Positions 45,851-58,867 of a stretch of DNA of 64,000 bases are shown here, piece by piece (the first letter of the stretch is position 1; every line of letters begins with the position of its first letter). The DNA is from the human T2T-CHM13v2.0 reference genome, Homo sapiens, in the NCBI RefSeq assembly GCF_009914755.1, contig NC_060928.1; one strand, 5' to 3'. Below the pieces are notes generated by a model. It saw only the letters and a program-made list of their open reading frames with translations, did not search any database and had not been told where the DNA came from. Position numbers and translations under genes: made by a program.

Positions 45851-48800
45851 ACTTCCATTACTAAACATAATATTTAAAAGTAATAAAATATTGAGTTTTG
45901 GCAGATGGTACTGAAATATATAATTTCTAATGTGCAAAAGTCTTATAACTGGCAAGAATGGAAAGAAAGTACAGACGTTTTAATATAAAAACGGCTAAAG
46001 TCTATGGTACATAGAAAGTAGGTAGAATTTAGTAGACATTTGAAAATATACCTAAGTGCTCTGTTATATAATATGTAGGGATTTTCATTGTATGGTGTTA
46101 TATGAGAAAAAAGATGCCTCAAATTATGCATAATATGTAATTTTTGGAAATAAACCATAATACAAATTTTTCTCATATATACTTATGCTTGTATACTTAT
46201 TTAGAAATGTGTATGTCTCTACAGGGTTATCAGAACATACTAATCAAGTCCCAAAAGATATATTACTATATTGTTAGGTAGGTGTTGAGGTATTGAGTTC
46301 TAATGTTCCTGAAGGGTCGAGGGTGGAAGGAACATGCGGATGGGAAATAAGAAATAAGGAAATCATTTAAAAATTAAAAACAACATGTAAAATTATATAA
46401 GTAGAAGTATATTTATGCATTTCTTATAAAGTCATAGATGTATATGTCTTTACATGAAATGATTACAATTTAAGTAATTGAAGAAAAGTAAGTTTGGCTT
46501 TGAGATGTTTACATAGACACACTAAAATTGATCTGTTTAACAAAAACTGAGGTTTCTGGGTGCAAAATGCATGGGAATCATGACAGCAAAAATCATTCCT
46601 TCACAGCACTTTGTGTCTATTTCTTTTCCACCACAGTGTTCATGCCTGCTGAATGCAGATTAGTCTAAAATTCCTCTCTATGCAGTGCTCAAGGAACCAT
46701 TAACAATCTGCAGGTTCCATCTCTTTCAGCTTTCCTGGATTAAAGCTACTCTGCTTCAAATGCCTCAGTTATCTGAAGCAAGCAGGCATGATCCGGGTCA
46801 AAAGATAAATTGGGAAAAACTTGATTTCAAATCTCATTTCTATTATTATTATTATTATTTTATTTTAGTTACAAAATTGTATATTTAACCTTGGAAGAGC
46901 TATTCCTATTCTATTCTCTATGCTTTGGTATTTATGAAGTTTCAGGTCTCTGCTGTCACACTCTATCTTAAAGATATAAAAGTTAATTATTCTGCATAGA
47001 ATATGTACTTATTTATGGTCATTAGCTGGGAGCACATTGAGAATACTCAGCAGGATTCTCCTATTTAAGTAGAGATGTGGAGCACGTTCTCTCCCCTGAT
47101 CATGTTATTTATGTGATTCAGCATGTCATCTTTTCCACTCCTAACAGACCTATTTATCTTGTAGCCATTCCACAAAATTCAGTGTATGTTCATTAGAGCA
47201 CTTGATTAAAAGTACACAAACCCTCATTAATCCCACTGTGCCCTGTAGAGCCATGCAGTGTTCTACATCATTAGAGTTTAGGTCACAATCTCAAATTTTT
47301 ATGACTCAAGGTAAACTCCAAACTGTGAGAACCTGGTGTGAACAAGATAGTAAAAATCGAAGCAGCAATATAGCAAGGAACATTAAAAGCATTAATGAAC
47401 AAACATAACCATAGAAACTTTTAGGAACCAGAAATAGGTCTCCATAAAGTAAAATGAAGAACCATTGCATTTAAAGACAAAGCATTTTCACTGGAGTTAA
47501 AATAAGTGCAAGTCAAGTCTGCTTTAGAAAGAAAATTTGGGTTTTTTAGACCTAGTAATAACCTCATAACAAAAGAGAAACATGTGACATTTAGTACCTC
47601 TGTTGGTCTGAGACTTTATTTGTTTTAATTTAAATTTATTTATTTAATGAAACTGGACACCTAGCTACATGTAAAATATTTGATATAATGAATTTTGACA
47701 TTTAAGACAGAGTTAATGGATGAAAAAAATTGTAACTGCATGTTTTGACTTCTAACTTGATGTTTCCTCACTTATATGCAAATTATTCAAATGGCAGGCA
47801 AAGCAAGCAAATGGCCAACACTAATCATACAGCAGCAATTAACTACAGAATTCAAATTTTTTAATCTTAAGCAGAAATACAAATAAAATTCAGAGGTGTC
47901 AGAAAATTTAATGACTAAAACTGGAATTTTAGAGGGAGGAATGGAGAAATTACTTAGTCAACATTACTTACTAAGAAAGTATTTTATTCAAGCTTTTGTT
48001 ATAAGTTAGGTTAACCCGGGACACTAAGTTTTATTTTATTTTTTGAAATATATTTCTTGACTAAAAATTGGTTTTAATAGATTGTTAGATTATTTCTTTT
48101 TAAAAACTATTTTTTAAAAAATAATTATTCTAAAAGTAAAATCATCCATACCCAATCACTGAAAACCAAAACAAAGCAAAACAAAACCAAACCCAAAAAG
48201 CATATCACATTTTATTTTGATTGTCTAAACATTTAAAAATAACATTGAGATAAGTCATTGTTTTTGGTACTATTCATATTTGATCAGATTCTTAACTATC
48301 ATTAATAATCACTGGTATTTTTCTAAGAAATGTATATGTTTAATATTTTTGAATTTTTTAATAAAACTTACCAAAAATCGTCATTAAATTTTTAAAGATT
48401 ACTATATCTTTCTATCAAGATTAACTTATTAATATTAACTTATTGTTTGATTTATTAAGGTTAACATTTTAATCACTAGACAATTTTGTTTTTATTTTAT
48501 AAAACATGTTTACACAAACCAAGCACTTAGGGCAAATTCATCTAAGTCAAAAATATTGTTGATTCTAATAACATTTATATTGAAATATTTGTAAATACTT
48601 CAGTACAAATAGTTTTAATACTGACTTTAGGCCCCCACTGTAGATATTTGTCTTTGATAAACATTTTACAGGATAAATTTAATAGAACAATTTGATTTTC
48701 TTTGAATTGAGATGATGGAACATCTTAGGTCTTCTAAACTACTTTCCATCCCATTATAGAATATGAACTGGCCTAACTAAAAGTTGATGTTCCATCAATA

Positions 48801-49762
48801 GATTGTTCCTATAATTCAAGATATTTCTAAGAACAATTATAGAATTAAAATGCAATCTGGAAAACAACTTGAAGTGCTCATCTTTGTATTTTTTGTTTTA
48901 TTTTTAATTTTCTCCCTTGCATTTGAAGGAGAACAATGGAATTTCAACTTTTTTGCAAGTTTTGTTTTCAAAATTATAGTTTGTAACATAAAAACATCAA
49001 AAAATTTAGTTTTGACACTTACTTTAGTGTCACACAAATTTAGTTTTGACACTCTGATTTACAGTTTCCAACTGATTTTATTTAATGCAATAAACATTTA
49101 GAGTGCTCCTTTACAAAATTCTTTTAAAACTTAGTAGAATACTAAGATTGGTTTCACAAAATTTCTTCAAACATTCTAACATTTTTTAATTCAATTGGTA
49201 TCAGGCAAGAGAGAGAACATATTCTATTTTGCCAAAATATTATATAAGTAAATGTATATTTCACATTAGCTTTATTACAAATATATTGTGATTCTAATAT
49301 TTTAAAGTATCTATAGGTAAAAATAGTTGCAAACTTTAGAAATAAGAATTTCCATTTGATTGCTAGATATCATAGTTTAGATGTGTTTTAAAGTAAATAT
49401 GTACCACAACCAAGTTCAAGCATAGATTTTTTTAATTGAGTAAAAATATTGTTCATATCATGATGGTGTGTTCCCTCAAACTCTGTATTCATATTATAAT
49501 AACAAGCATAAGTAACTGGCCTTCGTATTACTTTTTAAAATTTAGATTGTACTAGATCAGCCATTTGATTTAAAAGAAAATTTACTTTTATGTTTTCCAG
49601 TTCCCCAGTTTTATTTCTTTTGGTCTCTATACAGTCACTGAGATAACTATGCCCTTGGATTGGATATCAAATGAATATTTTCTGTAAGTTACACGGTATT
49701 AATTCTTATTTGAAAAAACAGAAACTCAATACTTACATTTTAATTTGGCCTGCAATTTAGGG

Positions 49763-49801
49763 TGTGTGTATGTGTGTGTGTGTGTGTGTGTGCGTGCGTG
49801 C
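49763..49801. repeat. (TG)n microsatellite
   Basis: gtgtgtgtatgtgtgtgtgtgtgtgtgtgtgcgtgcgtg. Confidence 0.9.
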
Positions 49802-49934
49802 TTTGTTTTAGTTTATGGCTGCTGAAATGTTTAATTTTAAACTTTAGAAAAAACAATTCATAAAATAATGAAATAAATTGCTGTAGATTTATTTCATGGA
49901 AGAAATTAGGCCATCACTATATCAAGAATATTTA

Positions 49935-50045
49935 GTTCTTAAGGGGAATGCTTTCAAGTTTTTTCCATTCAGTATGATGTAGGCTTTGGATTAGTCATGT
50001 ATAGCTTTTAATATTTTGAGATATGTTCTCTTTTTGCCTAGTTTG
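49935..50045 (-). mobile_element. Inverted 5' segment of L1PB (twin-priming signature)
   Basis: ttcttaaggggaatgctttcaagttttttccattcagtatgatg... is antisense L1 ORF2 directly abutting the sense L1 at 50046. Confidence 0.8.
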
Positions 50046-51580
50046 ATCCCTATCTCTCATCCTATACAAAAATTAATCCAAAATGTATTTAAGACTTAAA
50101 TCTAAGACCCGAAACCATAAAAATTCTATGAGACTGGTACAAAAGTAATTGTGATTTTGCCATTGAAAGTAATGCAATGTGTTTGTTATAAGTTAGATTA
50201 ACTTGGGACAATATTTTTTCTTTTATTTTTGAAACACATTTATTGACCAAAAATTGGTTTTACTAGAATTGGTTTTAATAGAAAGTAATGCAATACTTTC
50301 AATGGCAAGTAGTACTTTCAATGGTAAGTAATACTTTCAATGTCAAAAACCGCAATTACTTTTGCACCAACCTAATGGACGCGAACCTAAGAAAAACTCT
50401 TATGGACATTAGCCTAGGCAAAGAATTTATGACTAAGCCCCAACAGCAAATTCGACAGAACCAAAAATAAATAAATAGGACCTAATTAAACTAACAAGCT
50501 TCTGCACAGCAAAATAAATATTCATCAGAGTAAATGGATAACCTAAAGAATGTGAGAAAATATTTGCAAACTATGCATCTGAGAAAGGACTAATATCCAG
50601 AATCTACAAGGGAAACAAATCACCAAGGAGAAGAATCAAATACTCTCATGAAAAAGTGGGCAAATGACATGAATAGACAGCTCTCAAAAGAAGATACACA
50701 AATGGCCAACAAATATCAAGAAATGTTCAACATAACGAATCATCAGGGAAATGCACGTTAAAACCACAATGAGACACGAGCTTACCTCTGCAAAGATGGC
50801 CATTAGTAAGAAGTCAAAAAACAAAATACGTTGCTGCAGACGTAGTGAAGAGAGAACACTTATAAACTGCTAGTGGGAATGTAAATTAGCACAACCTCTA
50901 TGGAAAACAGTATGGAGATTTCTAAGAAACTAAGTATATCTACCATTTGATCAAGCAATCCCACAATGGGGTTTCTACCCAAATGAAAAGAAGTCATTAC
51001 ATCAAAAATACACCTGCATGCCTATCTTTATCACAGCCCAATTCACAATTGCAAAGATACGGAATCAACCTAAGTATGCAACAACTGATGAGTGGATAAA
51101 GAAAATGTAGTGTATGTGTATGGGAAGTATATGTGTGTGGGAAGAATGGAGAAACTAGTTAGTCAACATTACATGTAGACACACACATATACACACATAC
51201 ACACACACACAGAATCCTACTCAGCCATAAAAAGAATGAAATAATATATTTGGCAAGCTGCTTGTATAGAACTGGAGGCTATTATTCTAAGTAAAGTAAC
51301 TCGGGAAAGAAAAACCAAATACCACATGTTGTCAATTTTAAGTTGGAGGTAAGCTATGGGCATGCAAAGATATACAGAGTGATACAATGGATATTGGAGG
51401 TTCGGAAGCGGAGAGCCTGGGAGAAGGATGAGAGATAAAAAACTACATATTAGGTACAATGTACACTGCTTAGGTGAGGAGTACACTAAAATTCTGTACT
51501 TCATCGCTGCAGAATTCATCCATGTAACCAAAAACCACTTGTACCCCTAAGGCTATTGAAATTAAAAAAAAAAAAAAGAC
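50046..51580 (+). mobile_element. L1PB1-like 3' portion; hosts MADE1 and a templated insert
   Basis: atccctatctctcatcctatacaaaaatt...aagcttctgcacagcaaaa...aaaaaccacttgtacccctaaggctattgaaat plus an A tail. Confidence 0.9.
50129..50375. mobile_element. MADE1 (Hsmar1-derived MITE) expanded to 247 bp by an internal insertion
   Basis: Left TIR tgagactggtacaaaagtaattgtgattttgcc and right TIR aaaaaccgcaattacttttgcaccaacctaa. Inserted at a TA of the L1 (aaattcTA...TG). Confidence 0.93.
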
Positions 51581-53416
51581 AAAAAGAGTTTTCAGAAAAC
51601 TCTAAGCAATCTAATACAGGACTATCTAGCCTCTTATTTTCCACAAACATTCAACATATACTGAACCTATAAACTCACATATTTTCTCTCCAACCTCTAT
51701 ACTTGATGGCTTGGCTTTGCATGTGATGAGGCCTTTTGACAGAAGTAAAAGTACAAAATGGAAGTCTAATAAGCCCATTCTAGCTCCATTAATGCAACTA
51801 AAACTTATAATAACTGAGAAAATATGAAAAATCTGGGACCAAATATAAAAAAAAATTCAAAACCCACATATGTAAAATGGAATTTTCCCAGAAAAAAATC
51901 AGGACATGTAATCACTCTAATTATACATAAAGAACAAAAAAGCTAACTGCTGACACTCAAAATTACAATGCTTAATTTAAGAAAAAGCATACTATCTACA
52001 AAATGACTGAAAAACCTTTAAAACTCATGGCAAACTTAATTTAAAATTAAGAATACAATTAATAGCACAAATCTAAAATGCAATACAGTGCAAACCAATA
52101 CTTTCAAAAACTTCTGTGAATGAAAAATTAATTTTAAAATGATCTCATAATTAATGAAAGCTTTGTAATTCAAGTTGCAAATACAGCACATGAAGTAATG
52201 TGTATTATCAGTGAGGTTTTTACAATTTCACATGTGTTTCTAAGCACAAAATAACTGTATATCCTCATCTGTATATTTATCTTCTGGAATCAGTGTTACT
52301 AGTAAGATAGAATAGGAATCTAATGGAGAATCAATAAATGTAGTTATATATGTTTATTTTTTTAAGTGAGAATAAAATCTCTTTAAAATAAAGAGACAAA
52401 AATGTTAAGCCATAATATGATTATCATCTAAATACTTCCCCTTCTTTTCAAATGTGTGAGAATTGGACTGGATTTCTAAGAAGGGAATTATATACATTTC
52501 AAATGCTCTTCAATTCTTCCTTTAGAGGAATTTCACCTTAAAGACTTGAAAGCTAGGTTTAAATTGAAACCCCATTTATGTATCATTTTGTCATTTTTAC
52601 ATTTTCTTTATATCATTATTCTATTCATGTAGAATTAAAGTCTTCTTATAGTCATATTTCTAAACTATAGTTAGAAGAGTAAATTAATTTTGTATTAAAT
52701 ATGCCCACTTTGTCTTTAAAGTCAAATCTCTAATGCAAAGTAAATTTATATGTCTTCAGTTACATTGGGATCTGTATTTTCTACATCAGAGTTCAGTGAA
52801 TGAGGCTATTCTTACTTAATAATTGCACACTGGGAATCTTATCCAGTGAAAGAAATTTTATTGTGAAAAACACTACCGAGATTATACACTTTTAAAGGAT
52901 TCAGAATCTAAATAATACTAAAACTTTATTGATTCTTAATGAAAATATTAACTTAATTGAGGGTAAAGACATGCACTAAACAATTGAAATAAAAATAATA
53001 AAAAATATTCCATATGGGACATAAATTACAGATAAAAAATTAAGAAAGTGGTATTAAATTATTTTTCTCATTAATTACAGTTTATTTAGCCTTGCTTATA
53101 ACTTCTAGAATTTATTCTTTGGGGAGAAAGGACATGTTTTAAATCATATCCATATAATACATTTTCCTAAAATTTCAGAGATTTTTGAGAAAACATAAAA
53201 TGTCTTTCTTACTACAGGTGAGCAACAGTAATTCTTGATGTCATCTAGACTCCTCACCTACTCGTACACTTTAAGTTAAGCTCTGTAGAAGACCATAATA
53301 TGCTGCCTAAAACAGAATGTCCATGTAATATAATATAGTCTCTATAATCTGAGATAAGAGATATTTAAAAACTACCTGAATCTTTAAGAATTATTAAAAT
53401 AAAAGGTAGATTAAAC

Positions 53417-53966
<550 letters not shown>

Positions 53967-54345
53967 GCATAATCTTTTGGGAAATAAATTCTAAAACAAT
54001 TTCAAAGCAATATAAATAAAATTGATTCATTTTAACATACTTAGATAATTTTTTCTTAATTATTTTATATGAATGGAACTTAAATTTTTAATTACTTAAT
54101 ATGATATGATCTCTACTTAGTCAGGTTAAGGGCATTATTGCACATAACTCATTTGTAACTTTATTATGAAAAGATTAAATATAAGTAATACAAAGATAAT
54201 GTAATGAAACGTATGCTTACAACTAGCTTGTTCAATGATAATATCATAGACAATCATACTTTATCTTCATCCCTTTACAGTTCTTCTACTGAATTATGGA
54301 AGGATATCCCAGGCATCCTACTATTTTCTTCATAATAATTTAATA

Positions 54346-54691
54346 CAGTATCCCCCAACCTTTTGGCACCAGGGATGAGTTTTCTGGAAGACAAGTTTTC
54401 CACAGATGGGGGTGGGGTGAGGATGGTTTCAGGAAGAAACTGTTCCACCTCAGATCATCAGGCGTTAGTTAGATTCTCATAAAAAGCATACAACTTATAT
54501 CCCTCGCATGCACAATTCAGGATAGAGTCCACACTCCTATGAAAATCTAATGCCAAGCTGCTGAGCTGACAGGGGGCAGAGCTCAGGTGGTAATGCTCCC
54601 TCGCCCACCACTCAACAACTTCTGTGAGTCCTGGTTCCTTACAGGCCATAGTCCAGTACTGCTCTGCAGTCTTGGCGTTTGGGGACCCATG
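54346..54691 (+). mobile_element. MER1B (hAT-Charlie) with perfect 8-bp TSD
   Basis: cagtatcccccaaccttttggcaccaggga...ttggggacccatg. TSD atttaata at 54338-54345 and 54692-54699. Confidence 0.95.
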
Positions 54692-54726
54692 ATTTAATAT
54701 ACCTCATATATATATAGTTATATATC

Positions 54727-54878
54727 TTTATATAACACATGTGATATATGTTTATATAACACATGTGATATGTTTATATAACGCACGTGATATATGTTTA
54801 TATAACGTATGTGATATATGTTTATATAACATGTGTGATATGTTTATATAACATGTGTGATATGTTTATATAACATGT
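54727..54878. repeat. AT-rich minisatellite, 22-24-bp unit x~6.5
   Basis: Consensus tttatataacacatgtgata(ta)tg. Confidence 0.92.
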
Positions 54879-55959
54879 AACATATTTTCTTGTAAACATA
54901 AACATACTGCTTTTAAGTCTGTTAAAATCTTTAATAAAATCATGTAATATCATCAAAATATTAGTTTTCTAATTTTCTTAATTTTCATTTCTCATTTGTT
55001 TGAATTAAGATCTAAGCAAAATCCACAAATTTGCTCTTCAGTCTCTCTTAATGTGTTGGTTAATCTTCTACTTAATTGCCTTAAGAAATTACCCTTGCAA
55101 TGTAAGCGGTGGAGAGAGCAGGTTATTGTTCCTATAGGTTTTACAATCTGAATTTTACTGGTGGTATTTCCTTATTATTTTACACTTTCCTTGGTCTGCT
55201 ATACCTTAAAAAATGATAATTTTTCTATTTAGATACTTGATCAGATAAGACTGAATTTATTTTAGCGAGACTACCATAGGTGTTGTTGAGTACTTCCATA
55301 AAATGGGATGTCCAGTTATCTTTATGTGATGTCAGCCACTACATATGATCATTTCATAGATCCATTATTTCATTAGGGGCTTAAAAATACTGATATTCTA
55401 TCATTAATTCTTTATTTATAAGTTAGGATACTTCTTTAAAGAAGCATTCACCTGATGTTTCTTGTTTCTTATTTGGTTACACTGTGGTACAGTTTCCAAA
55501 GAAAAGGAAAGGAAATTCCTGGATGTTTTAATTTATTTGACCAACATTCAGCCAAAGTGAGTTGGTTTCCTAATATCTTCCAAAGGTATTCAAAGGAGTT
55601 TTTACATGATTATTTTAACAGTTCATCTCTCTTAATACATGTGTTGTGCGTTATCCATTAAGGTTATTTTTGCTGTTTATCAAATATTTCATCACGTTAT
55701 TTTTCTGGTTCCTTTTGACATGGCACCAGTAATCATTGGTAGATTTCTTACTTTTTCACAGGACAAACTGTTGCAAACTCATTATTCACCACAACAAGAA
55801 TGAGCTATTTCTCCTGGTACCTTTTAATGGGAGGTACTTAGAAACATGACTGGGATACTAGATTTACTCACTGTTGCAGGGTTATTTTCTTAGGTCTTTT
55901 CAGTGGAGAAAAATAGAAAGTATAATCTTATTATATGATACATCCTTCATTCTCCTTGA

Positions 55960-56565
55960 ATTTGCCCAAATTAGTTCTAAATGTATGTACTTACAAAACT
56001 GACACATGAATATTTATTACAGCTTTATTCATGATTGCCAAAACATGAAAGTACTAATATGTCCTTTAGTAGGTGAATAAGAAAACTGTGGTATATCCAT
56101 ATTATAGAATATTATTCAGTGATAAAAAGAAATGAACTATCAAGACACAAAAAGACAGTTGAAACCTAAATGCATGTTATCAATTGAAAGAAGCTAATCT
56201 GAAATTGCTACATGTTGTATGGTTACACTATAGCATTCTGAAATAGGCAAAACTATAGAGACAACAAAATGATCAGAGCTTGCTGGCGGTTCATGGGAAG
56301 GGGGAGATGAATAGTTAAACCACATGGAATTTTTAGAGTAGTGTAACTATTTTCTATGATACTGTAATAAGAGACATATGTCATTTTTAACACTTACCAA
56401 GTCCATAGAATGTACAACACAAAGAGTTAGTTCCACTTTAAACAATCGATGCCAGATATTAATAATAGCGGAACTAAGGTGGGATGGGTGGGATTTTTGG
56501 GAACTCTCTGTACTATCTGATTGATTTTTTGTAGACATAAAATTGTTCAAAATAGTCTATTAATT
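55960..56565 (+). mobile_element. L1MC1/2-like 3' end
   Basis: acagctttattcatgattgccaaaac...aggcaaaactatagagacaacaaaatgatcag...gggaactctctgtactatctg...aatagtctattaa. Confidence 0.85.
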
Positions 56566-56839
56566 TATATTTGTATGTGCATATATATATCTATATCTGA
56601 CATTTATCTATCTATATAATTTTTCATATCATGTATGAATAGATTAGGATTAGTGAGCTGCCATTATCTCAAGTGACTTGAAAGTCCTGCTTTTTAATAT
56701 ACGTGAGAATTATATTAGGACCGTCAAAATGAGTCTTCATTATCAACAAATTGGTTATATTAAAATAATTATATTAAAACAATTTTTAAGCAGAATGTTG
56801 AAGAAAATCCACACAACTGAATTTTTTTTTTATTTTTTC

Positions 56840-56975
56840 TACATTTTACTAACTAATGACCTCAGAAACTGAGGCCCATGAAGAGTAAGTACATTTTCCT
56901 TTATCAACACCATTATTTGGTTTTAAAATTGCAATTAAAACATATTTATGTTTTCGGATTTCTGGTCTAGTAAAA
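56840..56975 (-). mobile_element. MIR fragment
   Basis: agaaactgaggcccatgaagagtaagtacattttcc. Confidence 0.5.
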
Positions 56976-58867
56976 TTAATAGTAGGACTCTCCCTGGGAA
57001 TGTATCACTTCATGTATAAAATATTGCATCACTTCTGGTTAGATATTATCTCTAGACTTGATGGCTTTGTTTTAGACTATTTTAGAAATAGGCCAAAAAT
57101 ATAATCCAGGTGTCATTGCTCTTCATAAATTCTTCTCATATAAACCAGTAGAACTATAGTTGTTAAGTCTACTGTGTGTATTACAATCATCTGGTGACTC
57201 AAAAAAAAAAACTTCATGTATTCTACTTATAATGATATTGACTTTTTATTTAAGGGAGGAAGCACTAAGTCCACCATTGTGAGTTCTCTTGCTGAAAACA
57301 GTGCAAATGTCTTCAATATTGAGAATACTTAATCAGAAACATTAGGAAGTTGAGCAATCTGATGAAACATTATGAGATTTTTTTTGCCATGTTTTGTTTT
57401 ACTTTCATTGGGCTACATCTACTGGAAACTTGTCAAAAAACAATTGAAGTCAATAAGTACTTAAAATTTTAGTCAATAAAACTAATGATGTAAATATATA
57501 TTTATATGTGTGTGTATGTGTGTGTTTGTTTTAAAATAATTTCGGTGAAGAAAAATGAAATGGAAAATATGACAACTGGAAATGAGGGTTACTATGTAAA
57601 ACAAAAATTGGGGACTGGAGAGTGTAGATTTGTAACATTATGTAAGAGAGCAAGGGGAGGTCTTCTTGGTATCTGTAAACGTTTACTGATTTTTAATAGC
57701 AACCAGAAAGTTCTTCCATCATTCCTAAATCAATTTTCCATATTATGTTGACTGCAAATACAAGGATTATGTTGAACAATTTAAATTGTGATTTCTAGTT
57801 GTTGCAAATGCAGTGTTTAAATTACTACATTTCTCTTGCTACCTCTGTGTTAATTTTGACTGCCAAGGCAGGAGCTGGGGGGAAGGGGTAAACAAAGGGT
57901 AAAATGTTTCAGCTTTTGTGGTCTCAGTTGAATGCAAAAGGTGTTTAATGTGTTTTATCCAATACACATAATCAGAAGTCTAATGGCATAATATGAATAA
58001 TTTCCATTCATTTCACAGCTCCATGGATGGGCAAATGCTCAAGGCGATGCCTATCTTGATCGCCTGAGCTTCTTCTCGGTTGATCCTCTGGCTGTTTCCT
58101 AGACTCCTAGACCCTAATGCATCATGGGCCTGTGTCACTCATTTCTGTTTCTTTCACTCAGTGAAATTGCTACTTTCTGTTTAAAATCATGTATTTTTCT
58201 GTTTTAAGGATTAGAAAATCTCCCCAGAAAAAAGCAACTTAAAATTTAATATTTGCACCATCTTTTCCCTTCTCTCAAGACTGAGTGCTCCACTGTCAGT
58301 TGTCCAATTCTTGAAACAGGTACTTCTTGTTTTGTTCAATTTTACAATGAATATAAATAAATAATTTGGATTTGTTCTTTTTACATAGGCAATTTGTAAA
58401 CTGAAAATTTATTTACATGAGAATAAATTATTTGGTAATCACGTTTGAAATTTTTATTCTCATGAACTTCTGACCTTTTATGTTAGTCATCTAATATTTT
58501 CAAGATGTGCTCTTGAAATTAAGTAGATAATTAGCTACAATAATATAATCAGTAATTTTCCAGTAAAAATTTAATATATGGCTGTCTCAGAAAAAATATG
58601 TAGTATTTGCTGAATTACATGATGTTAATATTACTGCCATGGCCAGTTTCAAGCTATTCACACAATGTCTACCAAATGTGGAGTTCAGAAGATATGCAAA
58701 TGATTGTCTCTTTCAAGCCAGAAAAAGCCAGATCTGGTACAGATATGATTATAATTGTTAAAGAGTCTCCTATATTTCTTACTAGGCTTTTAAAGTTGTT
58801 ACTAATTTATGCGCTATTTAAGAACTTTACAATAATTAGTCTATTGTTCATAAGTTTCTAGTTTTTT

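Larger units (their letters stand above)
54230..55935 (-). mobile_element. L1MC4/5-like 3' region, interrupted by MER1B and a minisatellite
   Basis: atccattatttcattaggggc...ttggttacactgtggtacagtttcc...cttttgacatggcaccagtaatc. Confidence 0.7.

Noticed and set aside
50129-50375. miR-548-family precursor
   Set aside because: miR-548 genes derive from MADE1, but here the arms are separated by >100 nt of insert and the left arm is diverged. No expression evidence is available from sequence.
54727-54878. CRISPR-like array (also 5111-5149 and 50294-50345)
   Set aside because: The units are head-to-tail with no unique spacers, there are no cas genes, and the context is primate DNA.
58036-58069. Small GC hairpin gctcaaggcgat...atcgcctgagc
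   Set aside because: An 11-bp bulged stem with no match to any RNA family I recognise; probably within an old L1 5' fragment.
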